Assembly: GCF_009914755.1 (NCBI RefSeq)
Contig: NC_060947.1
Reading direction: 5' to 3' (one strand)
From: the human T2T-CHM13v2.0 reference genome, Homo sapiens
Length of the DNA: 64,000 nucleotides
Both the position numbers and the translations under genes were made by a program. Under the pieces are notes generated by a model. It was not told the origin of the DNA. It saw only the letters and a list, made by a program, of their open reading frames with translations, and made no database searches. Below, in pieces: positions 26,001 through 40,823 of this stretch. Each line of letters opens with the position of its first letter. Within the stretch, counting starts at the first letter, position 1.

Positions 26001-26717
26001 GTGGCACACATAGTAACTCTGGAAAGGGAGAGAAATGGGGGGCTGAAATTCTCTCCTCCTGCTCAGAGTAGGAGTCTGGTGTGGATCAAAAATAAAGCGT
26101 AGTTCTGGAGTCCACAGAGCCACACAATTAGACCACCCTGCTAGGGTGGAGTATAGGAAATATAAATAGAACTGGTCTAAGGCAAACAAACCCTTGCTTT
26201 CTTTTGGCTCTCTTGGATCCCTTCTTTTCTGCATAGTTTGCTCTTTTGATTCTTTCTGATCCCAGTGGGTTGGTGCAGGAAGACACCATTCCACAGCTCT
26301 TGAAAATTTGAGCAGGATCAGGGTGCAACTCAGGGGAAAGGAGACAGAGAGTGGGTGGTTTAGCTCATCTAGATCTTATAAAAACAGGAAGGAGAAAGAG
26401 GGGAAAGGGAGTTTAAAAAGAGAGATTGAGAGACAGAGAGAGAGTGTGCACACTTTTTTCTATGTTCTCACTAATTTTCTCCTTTTTGGCCAAAATTTTA
26501 AGATCCAGTGAACTAAGACATGATGTGAGCTGAGCTTGCTTTCTTGTGTGAACCCCAAGCTAGATGGGAAAAATGAAACCCTGGCAGTATACATGTTTCA
26601 ATCTAGCATTGAATGAAGAGAGTTCCCTCAGTGCTATTTATCTCCTGGATAATATAGAGGTTTTTTTAAATGGCCACAAATTCATTGTCACTCCTTCCAT
26701 CAAGAAGTGGGATCTGT

Positions 26718-26880
26718 GGATACCCCATTTTCCATAATGTGCTTATTTCACATTGCATGCCTGTATCAAAAAACTCATGTACCCTATAAATCTACACGTC
26801 TACCCTATAAGTCTATACATCTACTATGTACCCACAAAATTTAAAATAAAATAATTTAAAAAACAAACAAGCAAACAAAA
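26718..26880 (+). mobile_element. Very short L1MA/PB 3' end with an internal tandem duplication
   Basis: ggataccccattttccat.atgtg...tactatgtacccacaaaat; taccctataa.tcta.ac.tctac repeated. Confidence 0.75.
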
Positions 26881-29285
26881 ATAAGGCCATGGCCAAACAT
26901 GGGAGCTTGTTGCCATGGTTAAATGGTGGTAGGGCCAACTTGACCTGATTTCAGAGATGGAAGAACAGAAAGAAGAAAATCAACACTGAGGGTAAAATTA
27001 ATGCTTTATTCTTAAGTGATCCTGTGAAGAGGAAGTGCCAGGTAAACTGGGATCAGTTTCTGAATCTGTCTGTATCTCTCTTTACCTTGAGAATTTACCT
27101 TTGTTCACTCTAGCTCTGGGGGAAAGCCTCAGATGCTGGTTTCTTCCCACCATCAGCACAGCTACCCTCTCCTGTAGTTTCATGCGGGCTCACTTTGCAA
27201 AACTGGAATGGTGACAACCATGAACACCTCATCTCAGAATGCCTGGAAGGGTCAGTGGAGTTGGGGCAATCTGAAAGGAGGAATTGGAAATATCCAAGGA
27301 AGCCAGTGTTTTACCACCTGGTTTTCAATCATAAACTTCATTAATCTGAAGGAAGTTGAGCTATTCATATTTACAAGGAAGCATCCAAGGTCAAGTGTTC
27401 GCTGTTAATTAGAATCCTAGAACTTTGGGGCTTAAATACCTTCAGAAGCCTTCTGGTTGAATCTCTCATTTTACTCATGAGAAAATTGAAGCTCAGGGAA
27501 AGGAAGTCACTTGGATAAATTTATTAAACCACAAAGTGGCAGAAGCAAGGAAAGAAACCTGGTTTTCCAAGTCTGAATCCAGAGTTATTTTTACTACATC
27601 AGTGCCTCACAAACTTCAATATGCACAAAAATCACTTGGGGCTCTTTTACAAAAGACTACTAAGGAGAAACAAAATTGACTTACCCATACCATCACATTT
27701 CTTCTTATCTTATCTTTTATCTTGTGCATGTTTATTTCACCATCTTTCTTTGAGATACAGACTGTTTTTCATTTTTCGTCTACTTATTACCCCTGCTTTC
27801 ATTTGTCTATTTTGATACTTGCCTTGGTATTAGTACCAGTAAATAATGAAATACGCACAAGAGAAAAGATAAGAAACGTGATGTCATGGCTAAGTCAATG
27901 TGCTTCTCCTTCGTGGCCTTTTGCAAAAGGTTTGTTGAAGGTGGAGGTAGAAACTGGTTTCAAAACAAGTTTGGGGGTTATTTCTGGATTTCCTGTCCCC
28001 TGTATCCATGGAAAATCCAGAGCATGCAGTATGAATATATAATAGTGTTCCCAGTTTTATTCTGTGGTTTGTGGAAACTGGTCACACTGCTTTACAGCCA
28101 TACCACATATATTTAAAGGCTATAGCTATGCAATGGGGTTTCATTCCAAATGATTCAGAAAACTACTTCAATCTTTTACTTTGTCAGTAGGGTTCTGGCT
28201 GGTACTTAGAGAAGAACTAGATGAACAGGGAAACTTATGACTTCTATTTAAGTGAGCCAGGACCTTCAAATTAAGTGGGGTTATTTTCCTTCCCAATTTT
28301 AGAAGATACAAGCTCACATTGGAGCTAGTTCTCTGCCTTCCAAGCTTTATGACTCATGTGACCTTACCTTGGGTAATTCACTTCCTTCTCAGGGCCTCAG
28401 TTCCCTAATTTGTAAAATGAAGGACTGGACTACTTCCAAAGCTGTTATATTTCAGTTACCATGTTCATTCCTTGAACATGGTAATTGATGTGCAAGACAA
28501 TGACTAAATCCATGAAATCATCTGCTCCGACTATGTTCTCCAGGTTCTCTTACTTCCTAACATAGAAGGGGCACACAGAAGATTTTCAGCCACAAAAGTT
28601 GAAACAATGAAGCCTTTTTTGGTTATCCTTTAGTTACCCAGAAAAATAAATCAATCAGAACTTTTCTCTCAGCCACCAAGAGTTCTGGTAACCTGTGTTT
28701 TCCCTCTGAGAAGCTTTTCTGCTGGTGTCCTTTATGATTGTCAGTGACAAGAAGCAAGACTAGGGGGTAAGAGTGGGAGTAGCTGGAGTCTGGACTTAGT
28801 GGGCTGCAGAGTAGTTGACAATCATGTTTTCTTATTAGGTGTCAGGAATGACCTTGGCCATTTATGAAATGTAAGTGACCCCAGGGAATGCTTAGCAGTC
28901 CTTTAAAAAAGATTTAGATTAAAATTCCTGCATTGCCATTTTACAAAAGAGAGTAGAGGAAAGGGAAACATCAAGCTAAGTTTGACCTCCTCACCTTGTG
29001 ATTCCGACCTTCGAGGGTCTCTGGTGACAGTACTATGCCTTCCTTGTACATAGCTGGCACTCAATTTTTTTGAGTACTGGCTTCGATACTTCTTGCCTAA
29101 GAAGAAAATAAAAAGCAAAATTATATGATGAAATATGGATGAACCCAAAAAAGAAAGAAAGAGAAGGAGAGGGAGCGAGAGAACAAACAAAACCCAGAGA
29201 GGTCACAGGGTCTATCTTTTACATCTAAGGAAGTAGAAGCTTAAGCGAGCTCAGACGGAATTGGCCATGTGATGTTTTTAAAAGT

Positions 29286-29295
29286 CCATATAAGG
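29286..29295. promoter_or_regulatory. Consensus CArG box (SRF site)
   Basis: CCATATAAGG fits CC(A/T)6GG in apparently unique sequence; function unproven. Confidence 0.35.
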
Positions 29296-29637
29296 AAATT
29301 TCATGCTGCAGCCTGTCAGTACTGCCAATTCTGCTCATGAATTTTCTATGCCGTTTGACACTTATGTTTTCTGGAGTTATAAAAGGAGGAGTGTTACTTC
29401 TTAATAAACTCCCTCTTCCACAGCGGGATAGAAAGGAACCATAGCTGAAAATAGGAGCTTTTAAGTGTGGCAGAGCAAGCCCAGAAACCGGGGTTTTCAG
29501 CCTAGGTTATCTTCTAACTAGCAGTGTGTCCTTGGGTAAATACTCCTTCTATGGCATTTTTTTTTTAATCTGGAAAATTAAAGAAGGTCAGAGTATAAAA
29601 TCTCTAAATTCTCTTCCACTAACAGAAATATGTGTTG

Positions 29638-29860
29638 CTTTTTTTTTTTCAACTTTTATTTTCAATTTGGGGGCTACATGTGCATGTTTGTTACAAGGAT
29701 GTATTGCATGATGCTGAGGTTTGGAATACAGTACGATTGAACCTATCATCCAAGTAGTGAACACAGTAACCAAGAGGTAGTTTTTCAACCTTTCTCTCCC
29801 CCCTTATTGTCCCCAGTGTCTATTGTTCCCGTCTTTATGTCCATATGTACCCACTGTATA
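29638..29860 (-). mobile_element. L1PA/PB 3' end fragment
   Basis: ttttttcaacttttatttt...tacatgtgcatgtttgttaca; ccccagtgtctattgttccc. Confidence 0.8.
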
Positions 29861-30014
29861 TTTGGTTCTTGAAATGTTTGTGCTGAAGCACCCTGGAATT
29901 TGATTCTCAAGCAACTAATACTGCCATCTTGTGGTCAAAACAAGTTTGTCTTTTTGTTCTAAAGATGGCTCTCCAGCTAAGACACAAATGATGATGTGCA
30001 TTCATTCAGTACAT

Positions 30015-30135
30015 TATCATCTATGTACGTATGTATATCTATCTATATCTATCTATCTATGTATATCTGTCATCTATCTGTTTATCCAAGTCTCTATCAT
30101 CTGTTCATTATCTATGTATCTATCATCTATTTATC
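30015..30135. repeat. Degenerate (TCTA)n microsatellite
   Basis: Seen directly. Confidence 0.85.
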
Positions 30136-30139
30136 CTAT

Positions 30140-30580
30140 TTTTTAATTTTTTATTGAAGTATAACATACATATAGAAAATTGCACCATTAATAAGGATGC
30201 TAAATTTTCACAGACTAAGCATATCTGGCACCCTGCTCATGAAACAGAACATTACCAGATCCCACAAGCCCTCTTTGCCCCTTTTTAGTCACTGCTCCCC
30301 ACCCCCAACCTACACTCACAGTGAATTTCACAAATGTAACATTGTGCAAAAGAAGGCCAAATACAAAAGTTAGTACCCACCTCCTGCCCTGGGTTACCAC
30401 TATCCCAATTACTAACAGCATAGATTTATTTTGCTTGTGTTTGTACTCTATAGAAATTGAGTTATTTTCTATGTATTCTTTTGCATCTAGTTCTTTTTGC
30501 TCAACATTATGTTTATAAAATGTATCCATATTGTTGCATATAGTTGTAGATCATTCTTGTTGCTGTAGAGTATTCCTCAA
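30140..30580 (-). mobile_element. L1ME-type 3' end
   Basis: tttattgaagtataacataca; tttgctcaacattatgttt...atccatattgttgcat. Confidence 0.7.
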
Positions 30581-30606
30581 GAGCCTCTTAAAAATTGGTC
30601 TGTGGT

Positions 30607-31019
<413 letters not shown>

Positions 31020-32404
31020 TCATTAATATTTTGGTGTTTTTTATCTCAATATTGCTTCAATACATTTTTTTCAACATTTAAGATAGTTGTATATAGAATT
31101 GTATATATAAATTTTGTTACCTTAATAGTAGAATGTAAACATATCACTGTGTTATTAAACATCCTCATGGATGTCATTTTTAATTTATTTTAATTTTTGG
31201 AAGTCATTTTAAATAATTAACATTTGCTTACATTTGGAGTGCTCAGAATATTTTTTCTTTGTTTTACTATGAGCAAACTCAGTGAACATCCTTGACCACA
31301 AAATGTTTTCTGTTCTTTGGATTGTTTCAAAATTTTAATAAAAGTACTAAAAGTAGAACTTTGGGGTCAAAGCCTTTAGAAACAGAAGACAGCTTCAGTT
31401 TGTGCCTACGATGCAGTCAGTGATAAGACACTGGGGGAGAAACTGGCACATACTGAGTTCCTAGTATATGTACCAGACATTGTACAAGGGACTTTATGGA
31501 CATTCTCTCATTTAATTCCCTGAAAAACTCTATGAGGTACATATAATCTGCTTTTTTTGGAGAGAGAAAAATCAGAACTCAGACAGGTTAAGTAACTCAT
31601 CCGAAGGTGCACAAGGAGTAAAATGGCAGAACCCAGATTTGGACTCTTATCTGTCAGGCTACAAAGCTTGTGTTCTTTCAACTACACCACACTGCCCCCC
31701 AGAGTGCAGTTTGAATGATGCAACGGAAATAGACCCTCTTCTCCAATTAATCATCTCCACGGGCCTGTCACAGTTCCTAATAAACTGTACATGTTTTCTG
31801 GGCAGGGCAAAATTCTATTTTTCTCAGCCATTACATTAAAGCAAGAGTATCAGAGTGGTTCTGATCTTCTAGCAAGGCCTGAGAATAGAAATTGGGCCCC
31901 AAGAGAGTGTGAGCAGCGTTTGCCTGAGAAGAGGAAGGAGCTGTTTCCCAACTATGTTCATACTTCTTGAATTTTCTCTACAGTGAGATGGAAGTTGCCT
32001 TTTTCTCTTGTTTCCCTTCTATTAATACCTCTGAGTGCTCAGTCTTCCCTGCTCCATCCCTCTGACTTTTCCCCAACTTGAATGTTGTAGTAGCCAGGCT
32101 GGTGCACTACTAAAGTTCTCTATCTCTCCTTTCTGCGAAAACTAAAGCCTCATGGCTGGGTTTTTGGATACCCTTCCTGGTCATTCCGGCTGCTTTCTAG
32201 TTCCACTATTCCTTCCTCCTCCTCACCTCCTGCCAAGTACATCTTTATTTCTCCAGATTCCATCTTGTCATTTGCTACTACTATTACTACTACTACCTGC
32301 CCTGCACCAACAACCAATCTCCCAGATTATCTGCAGCTACTTTGGGAAGCAGAAGGTAGAGTCCTGAGAGAAGGAAATGAGAGAGGAAAAAAAATGTCAG
32401 CTAG

Positions 32405-32734
<330 letters not shown>

Positions 32735-33039
32735 TCAGTTGCTGCATATTAGATAAATGTCAGGCAGCTGGAGTACAGCATGAGCACTTGAAATGACTAC
32801 CGTGAACACAAATGCCGGCCTGCTGCACTCTGCCTTAGGTATGAGACATGAAAGACTTGTCAGTATGTCCTTCCTTGTTCTGAATTGCCCAACAAGCAAA
32901 GCCTTTACCAGATAGCTGTACTTCCCTCTCCGCCAAACTGACACCAAACTAAAACTCTCCCTGCAACATCCTCACCCAGATGCTAAAGTTTGTACCAAGT
33001 TTGGGAAGCTAATGAGCATCAGACTCCTGTTATTTTAAA

Positions 33040-35690
33040 AAATGATGCTGGAACAATGATATATCCATATACAGAAATAAACAAACAATACATCTCAACC
33101 CTTTTCTCATAACATATATTAATACAAAAATTAACTTAAAATGGATTATAGACCTAAATGTAAGTGTTAAACTATAAAAGTCTTATAGGAAAACCTAGGA
33201 AACATGATAAACATAACTCTTTATTACCTAGAGTTAGTCAACGGTTTCTTAGATATGACAATGAAAGCATACGCAACAAAAGAAAAAAGTAGAAAAACTG
33301 GACTTCATCAAAATTTGTTTGGTACAACAAATTAGATAGCCTAGATAAAATGGATAAATTCTGAGAAACACACAAATTACCTAAACAGACTCAGAAAGAA
33401 ACAGAAAATCTGAACAGACCTATAACAATTACAAAGTTTGAATCAATAGTTAAAAAAAAAAAACTCCCAAAAAAGAAAAGTCCAGGATGAGACGGTTTCA
33501 CTGGTGAAATCTACTAAACATATAAAGAAGAATTAATACCAATTTTTCTCAAACTCTCCCAAGAAACAGAAGAAAAGGGAATATTCTATGAAGTCAGTTT
33601 TACCTTGATACCAAAACCACATGAAGGCATCACAGGAAAAGAAAACTACAACTATCTCATGTGACTATAGGTATAAACATTCTCAATAAAATTCTATCAA
33701 ACTGAATTCAATGGCATATGAAAAGGACTATACATCATGAGCAAGTGGGATTTATCCCAGGAACAAAAGGATTGTTTAGTATAAGAAAATTAATCAATGT
33801 AACATGTTACATTAAAAGAAAGAAGGAAAAAAAACATATGATAATTTCAATTAAGGCAGGAAAAACATTTGACAAAGTCCAGCCACCCTTTCTTGATAAA
33901 AACTTTCAACAAATTAAGAGTAGAAGAGAACTTCCTCAGCATGTTAAAGGGCATTTATGAAAAACCCACAGCTAGCATCCTCCTCAATGATGAAAGACTG
34001 AAAGTAGTCTCTTAAAATCAGGAGCAAGAAAAAGATGCCTGCTTTTACCACTGTTATTCAACATTGTACTAGAAGTTCTAGTCAGATAAATTAGGCAAGA
34101 AAATAAATAAAAGGCATCCAAATTGGAAAGGAAAAAGTAAAACTATCTCTATTTGCAGATGACATGATCCTATATATAGAAAATCTGAAAGAATCCACCA
34201 AAAAACCTACAAGAGCTGTAAACAGATTCATTAAAGTTACAGGTTAAAAGATCTACCAACAAACAAACAAAAAAATCAGTTGTATTTCTATACACCGGCA
34301 ATGAAAAGGAAGTTAAGAAAACAATTTTACTTACAATAGCATTAAAAGAATAAAATATTTAGAAATGAATTTAATCAAGGAGATGAAAGACTTGTACACT
34401 GAAAACTATAAAACATTGCTAGAATAAATTAAACACCTAATAAAACGGAAACACATCCTGTTTTCAAGGACTGGAAGACTTAATATTGTTAAGATAGCAA
34501 TACTACCCAAAGGAATCTACAGATTCAATGCAATCTCTATCAAAATTCCAATGGCCTTTTCATAGAAATGGAAAAGCAAATTTTAAAATTAGTATGGAAT
34601 TGCAAGGGGCCCCAAATACCCAAAACAATTTTGAAAAAGTAGGACAAAGGTAGAGGATACACACTTCCCTATTTATTGGGCCATCTAAAGACATGAAATA
34701 CTGATACATGCTACAATGTAAAAGAACCTTAAAAATATTACAGCAAGTGAAAGAAACCAGATATAAAAAGTCACATATTGTATCATTCCATTTATCTGAA
34801 TTGTCAAGAATAGGTAATCCATAAAGACAGAATAAAGAATGGTAGATGCCAGGGGCTAGAGGAAAGGAGGAGTGGAGAACAACTGCTTAATGGGTACAGT
34901 GTTTCCTTTGGAGATGATAAAAATATTTTGTTACCAGAGGTTGTGGTTACCCAACATTTTAAATGCACTAAATGCCACTGAATTGTTCACTTTAAAATGA
35001 TTAATTTTATGTTATGTGACTTTCACCTCAATAAAAAAAGGTAAAACTTTTGTGCTTCAAAGAATACCATCAAGACAGTGAAAATACAAGCCACAGAGTG
35101 GGAGAAATATTTGCAAATCATATATCTGATAAGGAAATTATATCCAAAGTAATGAAATTTTATAGCTCAACAATAAAAAAACAAATAACCCAATTAAAAA
35201 TGGGCAAAGTATTTACAAGACAGTTCTTCAAAGAATATATGCAAATGTCCAATAAGCGCATGAAAAGATGTTCAACATCAGTAGTCATTAGGGAAATGCA
35301 AGTCAAAACCACAAGATACAATTTCACACCACTAGGATAGCTATAATCAAACAAACAAAACAGAAAATAGCCAGCATTGACAAGGATGTGGAGAAATTTA
35401 AAACCTTATACATTGTTGGTAGAAATGTAAAATGGTTCAGCCTCTTTGGAAAATAGTTTGGCAGTTCCTCAAAAAGTTATGCATAGAGTTACAAATGACC
35501 CAGCAATTCTACTCCTAGCTATATACCCAAGAGAAATGAAACCATATGTTCCCAAAAAAGTGTAATTATACATAAGTGATCATATTAGCATTATTTGTAG
35601 TAGCCCCAAAGAGGAAACAACCCAAATGTTTATTAATTGATGAATGGATAGACAAAATGTGACATATCCATAAATGGAATATTATTTACC
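33040..35690 (+). mobile_element. Nested L1s: an L1MB-type 3' end (33040-33315, resumes about 35043) interrupted by an internally deleted L1 ORF2 and 3'UTR (about 33320-35040)
   Basis: gacttcatcaaaattt resumes as aaaacttttgtgcttcaaa; the insert holds the RT motif tttgcagatgacatgatc (FADDMI) and ORF 33718..33960. Confidence 0.8.
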
Positions 35691-35819
35691 TTTTAAGATA
35701 CAGTTCAAGTCTGTAAAGTATTTTCTAATTCTTCCTCACTCTGACTCTAGGAATCATTGACCACCCCCTCCTTCATGCTCCCACAATACTCCACACATGT
35801 GTCTATAATGTTTTGCTGC

Positions 35820-36320
35820 ACTTTTAAGAAGTGAAACTATCTACCACCACACAGTCTTATGCTTAAATCAACATGATTTTACTATTCTACTGTCTTTATC
35901 AACATAACTCTACTATTCCAGGAAACTTTTGCTTAGAAAATTGAAAGTTGCAAATCAACTTTATTGTACATTCCAGGGACTTACTGAAAAAACGATCAAC
36001 TCATCAGGAACATCAAGCAATAGTTATAAGCAAGGACTCTTTGAACTCCACTACTCAAAATCCTTATGTGCTGGATCTACCAGTCTTAAACTACTGTGTC
36101 ATGATTCTTAATCAATTATAACAATGCCCTCTTCCCATTGAAAGACCTGCCTTAAATCAGACTTCAAAACTCATAAATATCCCAAATTCACCCTCACCAT
36201 GTGTAGATACTAGTAAAGTCTGTTGAGGTAGTGTTACTCCTACTGCAAAGAGAATAAACTCAGCTTTGTTTCATCAACAGTTTGTTTTGGTGATATTTTG
36301 GAGTAATAAGAAATCAATAT
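35820..36320 (+). mobile_element. Probable ERV LTR fragment
   Basis: aataaactcagctttg-type LTR end; subfamily not identified. Confidence 0.4.
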
Positions 36321-37369
36321 TTATTTACATGTTTATATCTCTCTATTAGATTTCTAGTTCCTTTAGAGCACAGACTATGTCCACTTCCTCTTTTCATTCT
36401 CCATATCTAGCCTAACCCCTGGAATATTATAAAAATTTTAAGCAAGAATGATATTGAATGAAAAAATGTTGAGTGGGCCTGGAAGATGCCAAAACACTTA
36501 GGAAACTATTGAAATAAAACAGACTTAAAAGGATGAAGGCTTAGATGAGGGCAGCCCACATGGAGAAGAGGGTGAAAGAGATTTAGAAGGTAGAATTAAT
36601 GAGACCACATAACAAAATGTGGTGCATAAAGGAGAGAAAAGAATTAAAACTGACTTTGGGGTTTCTGTCTTGGGTGACTGGGTAGATATAATCAGTAGTT
36701 CTTTTAATGTGAATAATTAATTTGGGACGGATAACAAGTATTCAGGCAAGATAATGAAGTCAACTTGGACATTTAAGTCAAATTCAATAGTATTTTCATA
36801 CTTGTATATTGCCATTCTGACTAAAGCACACTGAACTTGGAATCAAGAATACTGGTTTCTGGTCCTGGTTTGACTGCTTTTAGGCACTTTATCATTATGT
36901 CTGTGCTTAGCTCTCTCATTTTTAAAATGAGACTAGGTGATCTCCGAGTATCATTCCTACTCTGATAGTCTTGTATAGAATGATGATACAGACCATGTCT
37001 CATATTTACTGTGAATCAGGTATACAGGAGAACAACAGAGGGCATCCTCATATCAAAGGTAGCCTCAGAATTTTAAAAAGCAGTTCAAAGAATGGATCAG
37101 CATTCTCAGGCTGTAATGGATCTTTAAAAACAATCTTATCTTTGTATAAAATTTTGTAAAATTAACAAAATAAATTTACATAAAGGTTTTAAAATATATG
37201 ACTTGTCCTCACCATAATTATGTAATCTGGGCAGGAGCCAGATTATCTCACTTTGTGGATGAAGAAATAAGCTCTGAGAGGCTAGCGAGGTTTCAATGTT
37301 CCCTGCCAGGTGTTCACTTGAAGAAGATCTGAGAAGAGCATTTCCATAGCTGCCACTATGGGGGAAACA

Positions 37370-38370
37370 AATGACAAACACATAGACAACTGAATGTAGG
37401 ATATAATGTCAGAGAGAGACAAGTGCTAGAAAAAAATATAAATCAGGGTAAGGCCATAAAAAGTGACTTTGTGTTTGGAAAGGGGAGGACTTTCATTTTA
37501 GATAACATGGTCACTGAAAGCCTTTCTGGGAAAGTGACATTTGTGCAGAGGCCTGATTAAGGAAGGAAAGAAGCCATGTGAAAGTTTGAGGAAAGCATTC
37601 CAGTTAGAGGAAGTAGTGAAAAGGCTCTGAGGCGGGAATGAGTTTGATGGCTTGAAGGTAAAAAAAAAAGAAGACCAATTATGTCTGGAACAGCATGAGT
37701 AAGGGTGAGTCTAGTGGGCTTTGGTAAGCAGTTTGGATTCTATTCCATGATGGGAAGTCAATGAAGGGTTTTGAGCAGAAGAGTGACAAGATCTATGTAT
37801 TTTAATCATCACTCTGTTTTGTGGAAAACTTGACTGAGGGTCACATGAGTGGATGATCAGTTAGAAAAAGAGTTAGGAAGACTCATTAGGCGGCTACTGC
37901 AGTAAACCTGGAAAGAAGAAATGTTGGCATAACTAAGGTGAGAGTGGTGGAAGTGGAAGGAGATATGTTTGAAAGATAAGCCTGTCAAAACTTGTTAATG
38001 GGTCAGATGAGGAGTAGGACATAAAGAGAGAAACCAATGGTGATTCCTAGATTTGGGGCTTAAAAACACTTGGCAAAGCAAATAAGAATAGGGGTAGGGT
38101 TTTTGGGAGTGGTGAGGTGGGAATCAAAGGTCTGCACTACATCTCCATGAATATACTAAAAACTATTGAATTGTACACTGTAAATGGGTGAATTGTATGG
38201 TATATGTATGACCTATATCTCAATAAAGCCATTGCCAAAAAATGAGTATTTGTTAGACCTATTAGATGCTTCTTAGCCATTTAGTGAGCAGTTGAATATG
38301 TAAGTCTAAAGTTCAAGGGAGAGGTTGAAGTTGGAGATATAAACTTGGAAGTCGTCAGCACATTGATAGC
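37370..38370. mobile_element. L2 remnant; more L2 at about 36320-36800 and 40200-41300
   Basis: aaagtgacatttgtgcagaggcctg; gggttttgagcagaagagtgaca; gttggagatataaacttggaagtc. Confidence 0.7.
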
Positions 38371-38372
38371 AT

Positions 38373-38885
38373 TTGTTTTTAGTTATCTACTGCTCTGTTA
38401 AAAGATACCCTAAGACGTAGTAGCTTAAAGTGACAATAAATTATTATTTCTCATGATTTTGTGCATTTCTTGTAACTTGTGTAGCTGCAATAATCTGGAA
38501 GCTCAGCTACAGCTGGTACACACATGTCTGGGGCCTTGGTGCTGGCTGTCATCTGGGGTGCCCCAGTTCTCCTTCATGTGGCATCTCTTTCTCTCCATAT
38601 GGTCTCTTATCATTTACTTATGTACCACAAGCTTCATACATGGGACTTGGCTCCCAAGAAAGCAAAAGCAGAAGCTGCTAGGCCTCTTAATGCTTAGTCT
38701 CAGAATTGGCACCTTCTAATTTCACTGCATTTTAGCATATTCTATGGCTCAAAGCAAGTTACAAGGCCAGCCCAGGTTTAAGGAGGAGGAGAAATGGAAT
38801 TCACCACCTGTCAGGAGGAACAAGCTGCACATACAACAATGGGAGGAGTTGTTGGTGGCCATCTTTGTAGATGATGCATCACATT
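38373..38885 (-). mobile_element. MLT1 LTR
   Basis: tagttatctactgct; tagtagcttaaa; caaggccagcccagg; gccatctttg. Confidence 0.65.
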
Positions 38886-38901
38886 TAAAGTCATGAGATT
38901 G

Positions 38902-40190
38902 CAAAAACAAGCAATGGGAAAAGGATTCCCTGTTCAATAAATGGTGCTGGGATGACTGGCTAGCCATATGAAGAATATTAAAACTGGCCCCCCTCCTTAT
39001 ACCGCATACAAAAATTAACTCAAGATGGATTAAAAACTTAAGTGTAAAACCCAAAACTCTAAATATGGTGAAGACAACCTAGGCAATACAATTTAGGGCA
39101 TAGGCACAGGCAAAGATTTTATGATGAAGAGGCCAAAAGCAATTGCAACAAAAGGAAAAACTGACAAATGGGATCTAATTAAATTTAAGCACTTTTGAAC
39201 ATCAAAAGAAACTATCAACAGAGTAAACAGCATACAGAATGGGAGAAAACTTTTGAAAACTATGCATCTGAAAAAGGTATAATACCCAGCATCTATAAGG
39301 AACTTAAGCAAATTTACAAGAGAAAAACAACCTCATTAAAAAGTGGGCCAAGGACATAAACAGACACTTTTCAAAAGAAGATACATATGCACCAACAGGC
39401 ATGTGAAAAAAGTTCACTATCACTGATTATTAGAGAAATGCAAATCAAAATCACAATGAGATACCATCTAATACCAGTCAGAATGACTACCATCAAAAAG
39501 TCATAAAATAGCAGATGCTGGCGAGGTTGTGGAGAAAAAAAGAGTGCTTAAACACTGTTGGTGGGAGGTGAATTGGTTTAACCATTGTGGAAGACACTGT
39601 GGTGATTCCTCAAAGACCTAAATACAGATACCCTAAATCATGATACCCAGAAATCCCATTATTGGGTATATACCCAAACAAATTTAAATTGTTCTATTAT
39701 AAAGATACATGCACACGTATGTTCATTGCAGCACTATTCACAATAGCAAAGACATGGAATCAACCTAAATGCCCATCAATGATAGACTGAATAAAGAAAA
39801 CATGGTACATATACATCATGGAATACTATGCAGCCATAAGAAAGAATGAGATCATGTCCTTTGCAGAGGCATGGATGGAGCTGGAGGCCACTATCCTTAG
39901 CAAACTAATGCAGGAACAGAAAACCAAATCTTCTCACTTATAAGTGGGAGCTAAATGATGAGAACACATAGACACACAGTGGGGAGAACACGCACACTGA
40001 GTTCTATCAGAGGCAGGAGGGTGGGAGGAGGGAGAGGATCAGGAAAAATAACTAATGGGTACTAGGCTTAATACCTGGGTGATGAAATAATCTGTACAAC
40101 AAACCCCCATGACACAAGTTTACCAATGTAGCAAACCAGCACATGTACCCCTCAACTTAAAATAAAAGTTTTAAAAATAAAAAAATAAAT
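38902..40190 (+). mobile_element. 5'-truncated L1PA (PA13-16-like), 1.3 kb
   Basis: aggatcaggaaaaataactaatgggtactaggc; TSD aaagtca(t/c)gagattg at 38887-38901 and 40191-40205. Confidence 0.92.
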
Positions 40191-40792
40191 AAAGTCACGA
40201 GATTGGCTGAGATTACTAAGGGAGTAAGTATAGAGAAACATAATTTCTGAGAATTGAGGTCTAGAACAGCCAAATGATGAAGAGGAACCAGCAAAGGAGA
40301 CTGAGAAGTAGTAATCTATGAGGTGTAGACCAGGAGGTAGACCTAAGTTCAAGTCCTGGCTCTCTACTTGCTAGCTGTTTTACCTTGAATACCTACTAGA
40401 CCCTGGGTAAATTTCTTAACTTTGCTAAGCTTCAGCTTCCTCATCTATAAAATGAAGATAGTAATAGTACCTACTTTTCTATCCCTTTTCTTTATCACAA
40501 GGTAGGGAAAGAAAAAATACATAAATTTTACAAAGTAAAATTGCCCTTTGGATCTAACACAAGGAATCCATTGGTGACTTTGGAAAGTGAGTGTTGGGAG
40601 CAGAAGATAAAATGGCTGAAAGATGAATAGGAGCTTCTTTCCAGAAGGTTGTCTGTAAAGGAAAAATAAAGGCAGGGGCTAGAGTGGAACAAAGTGCCGA
40701 TTGTGAAGTTTTTTGAAAAGATAGTAGATATTTGAACATGTTTATAATGCCAATGAGAAGAATCTAGTAGAAAATTAATGGCTGAAATTACA

Positions 40793-40823
<31 letters not shown>

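Noticed and set aside
25860-26294. 144-aa minus-strand ORF
   Set aside because: The C-terminal half is MIR sequence; no recognisable domain.
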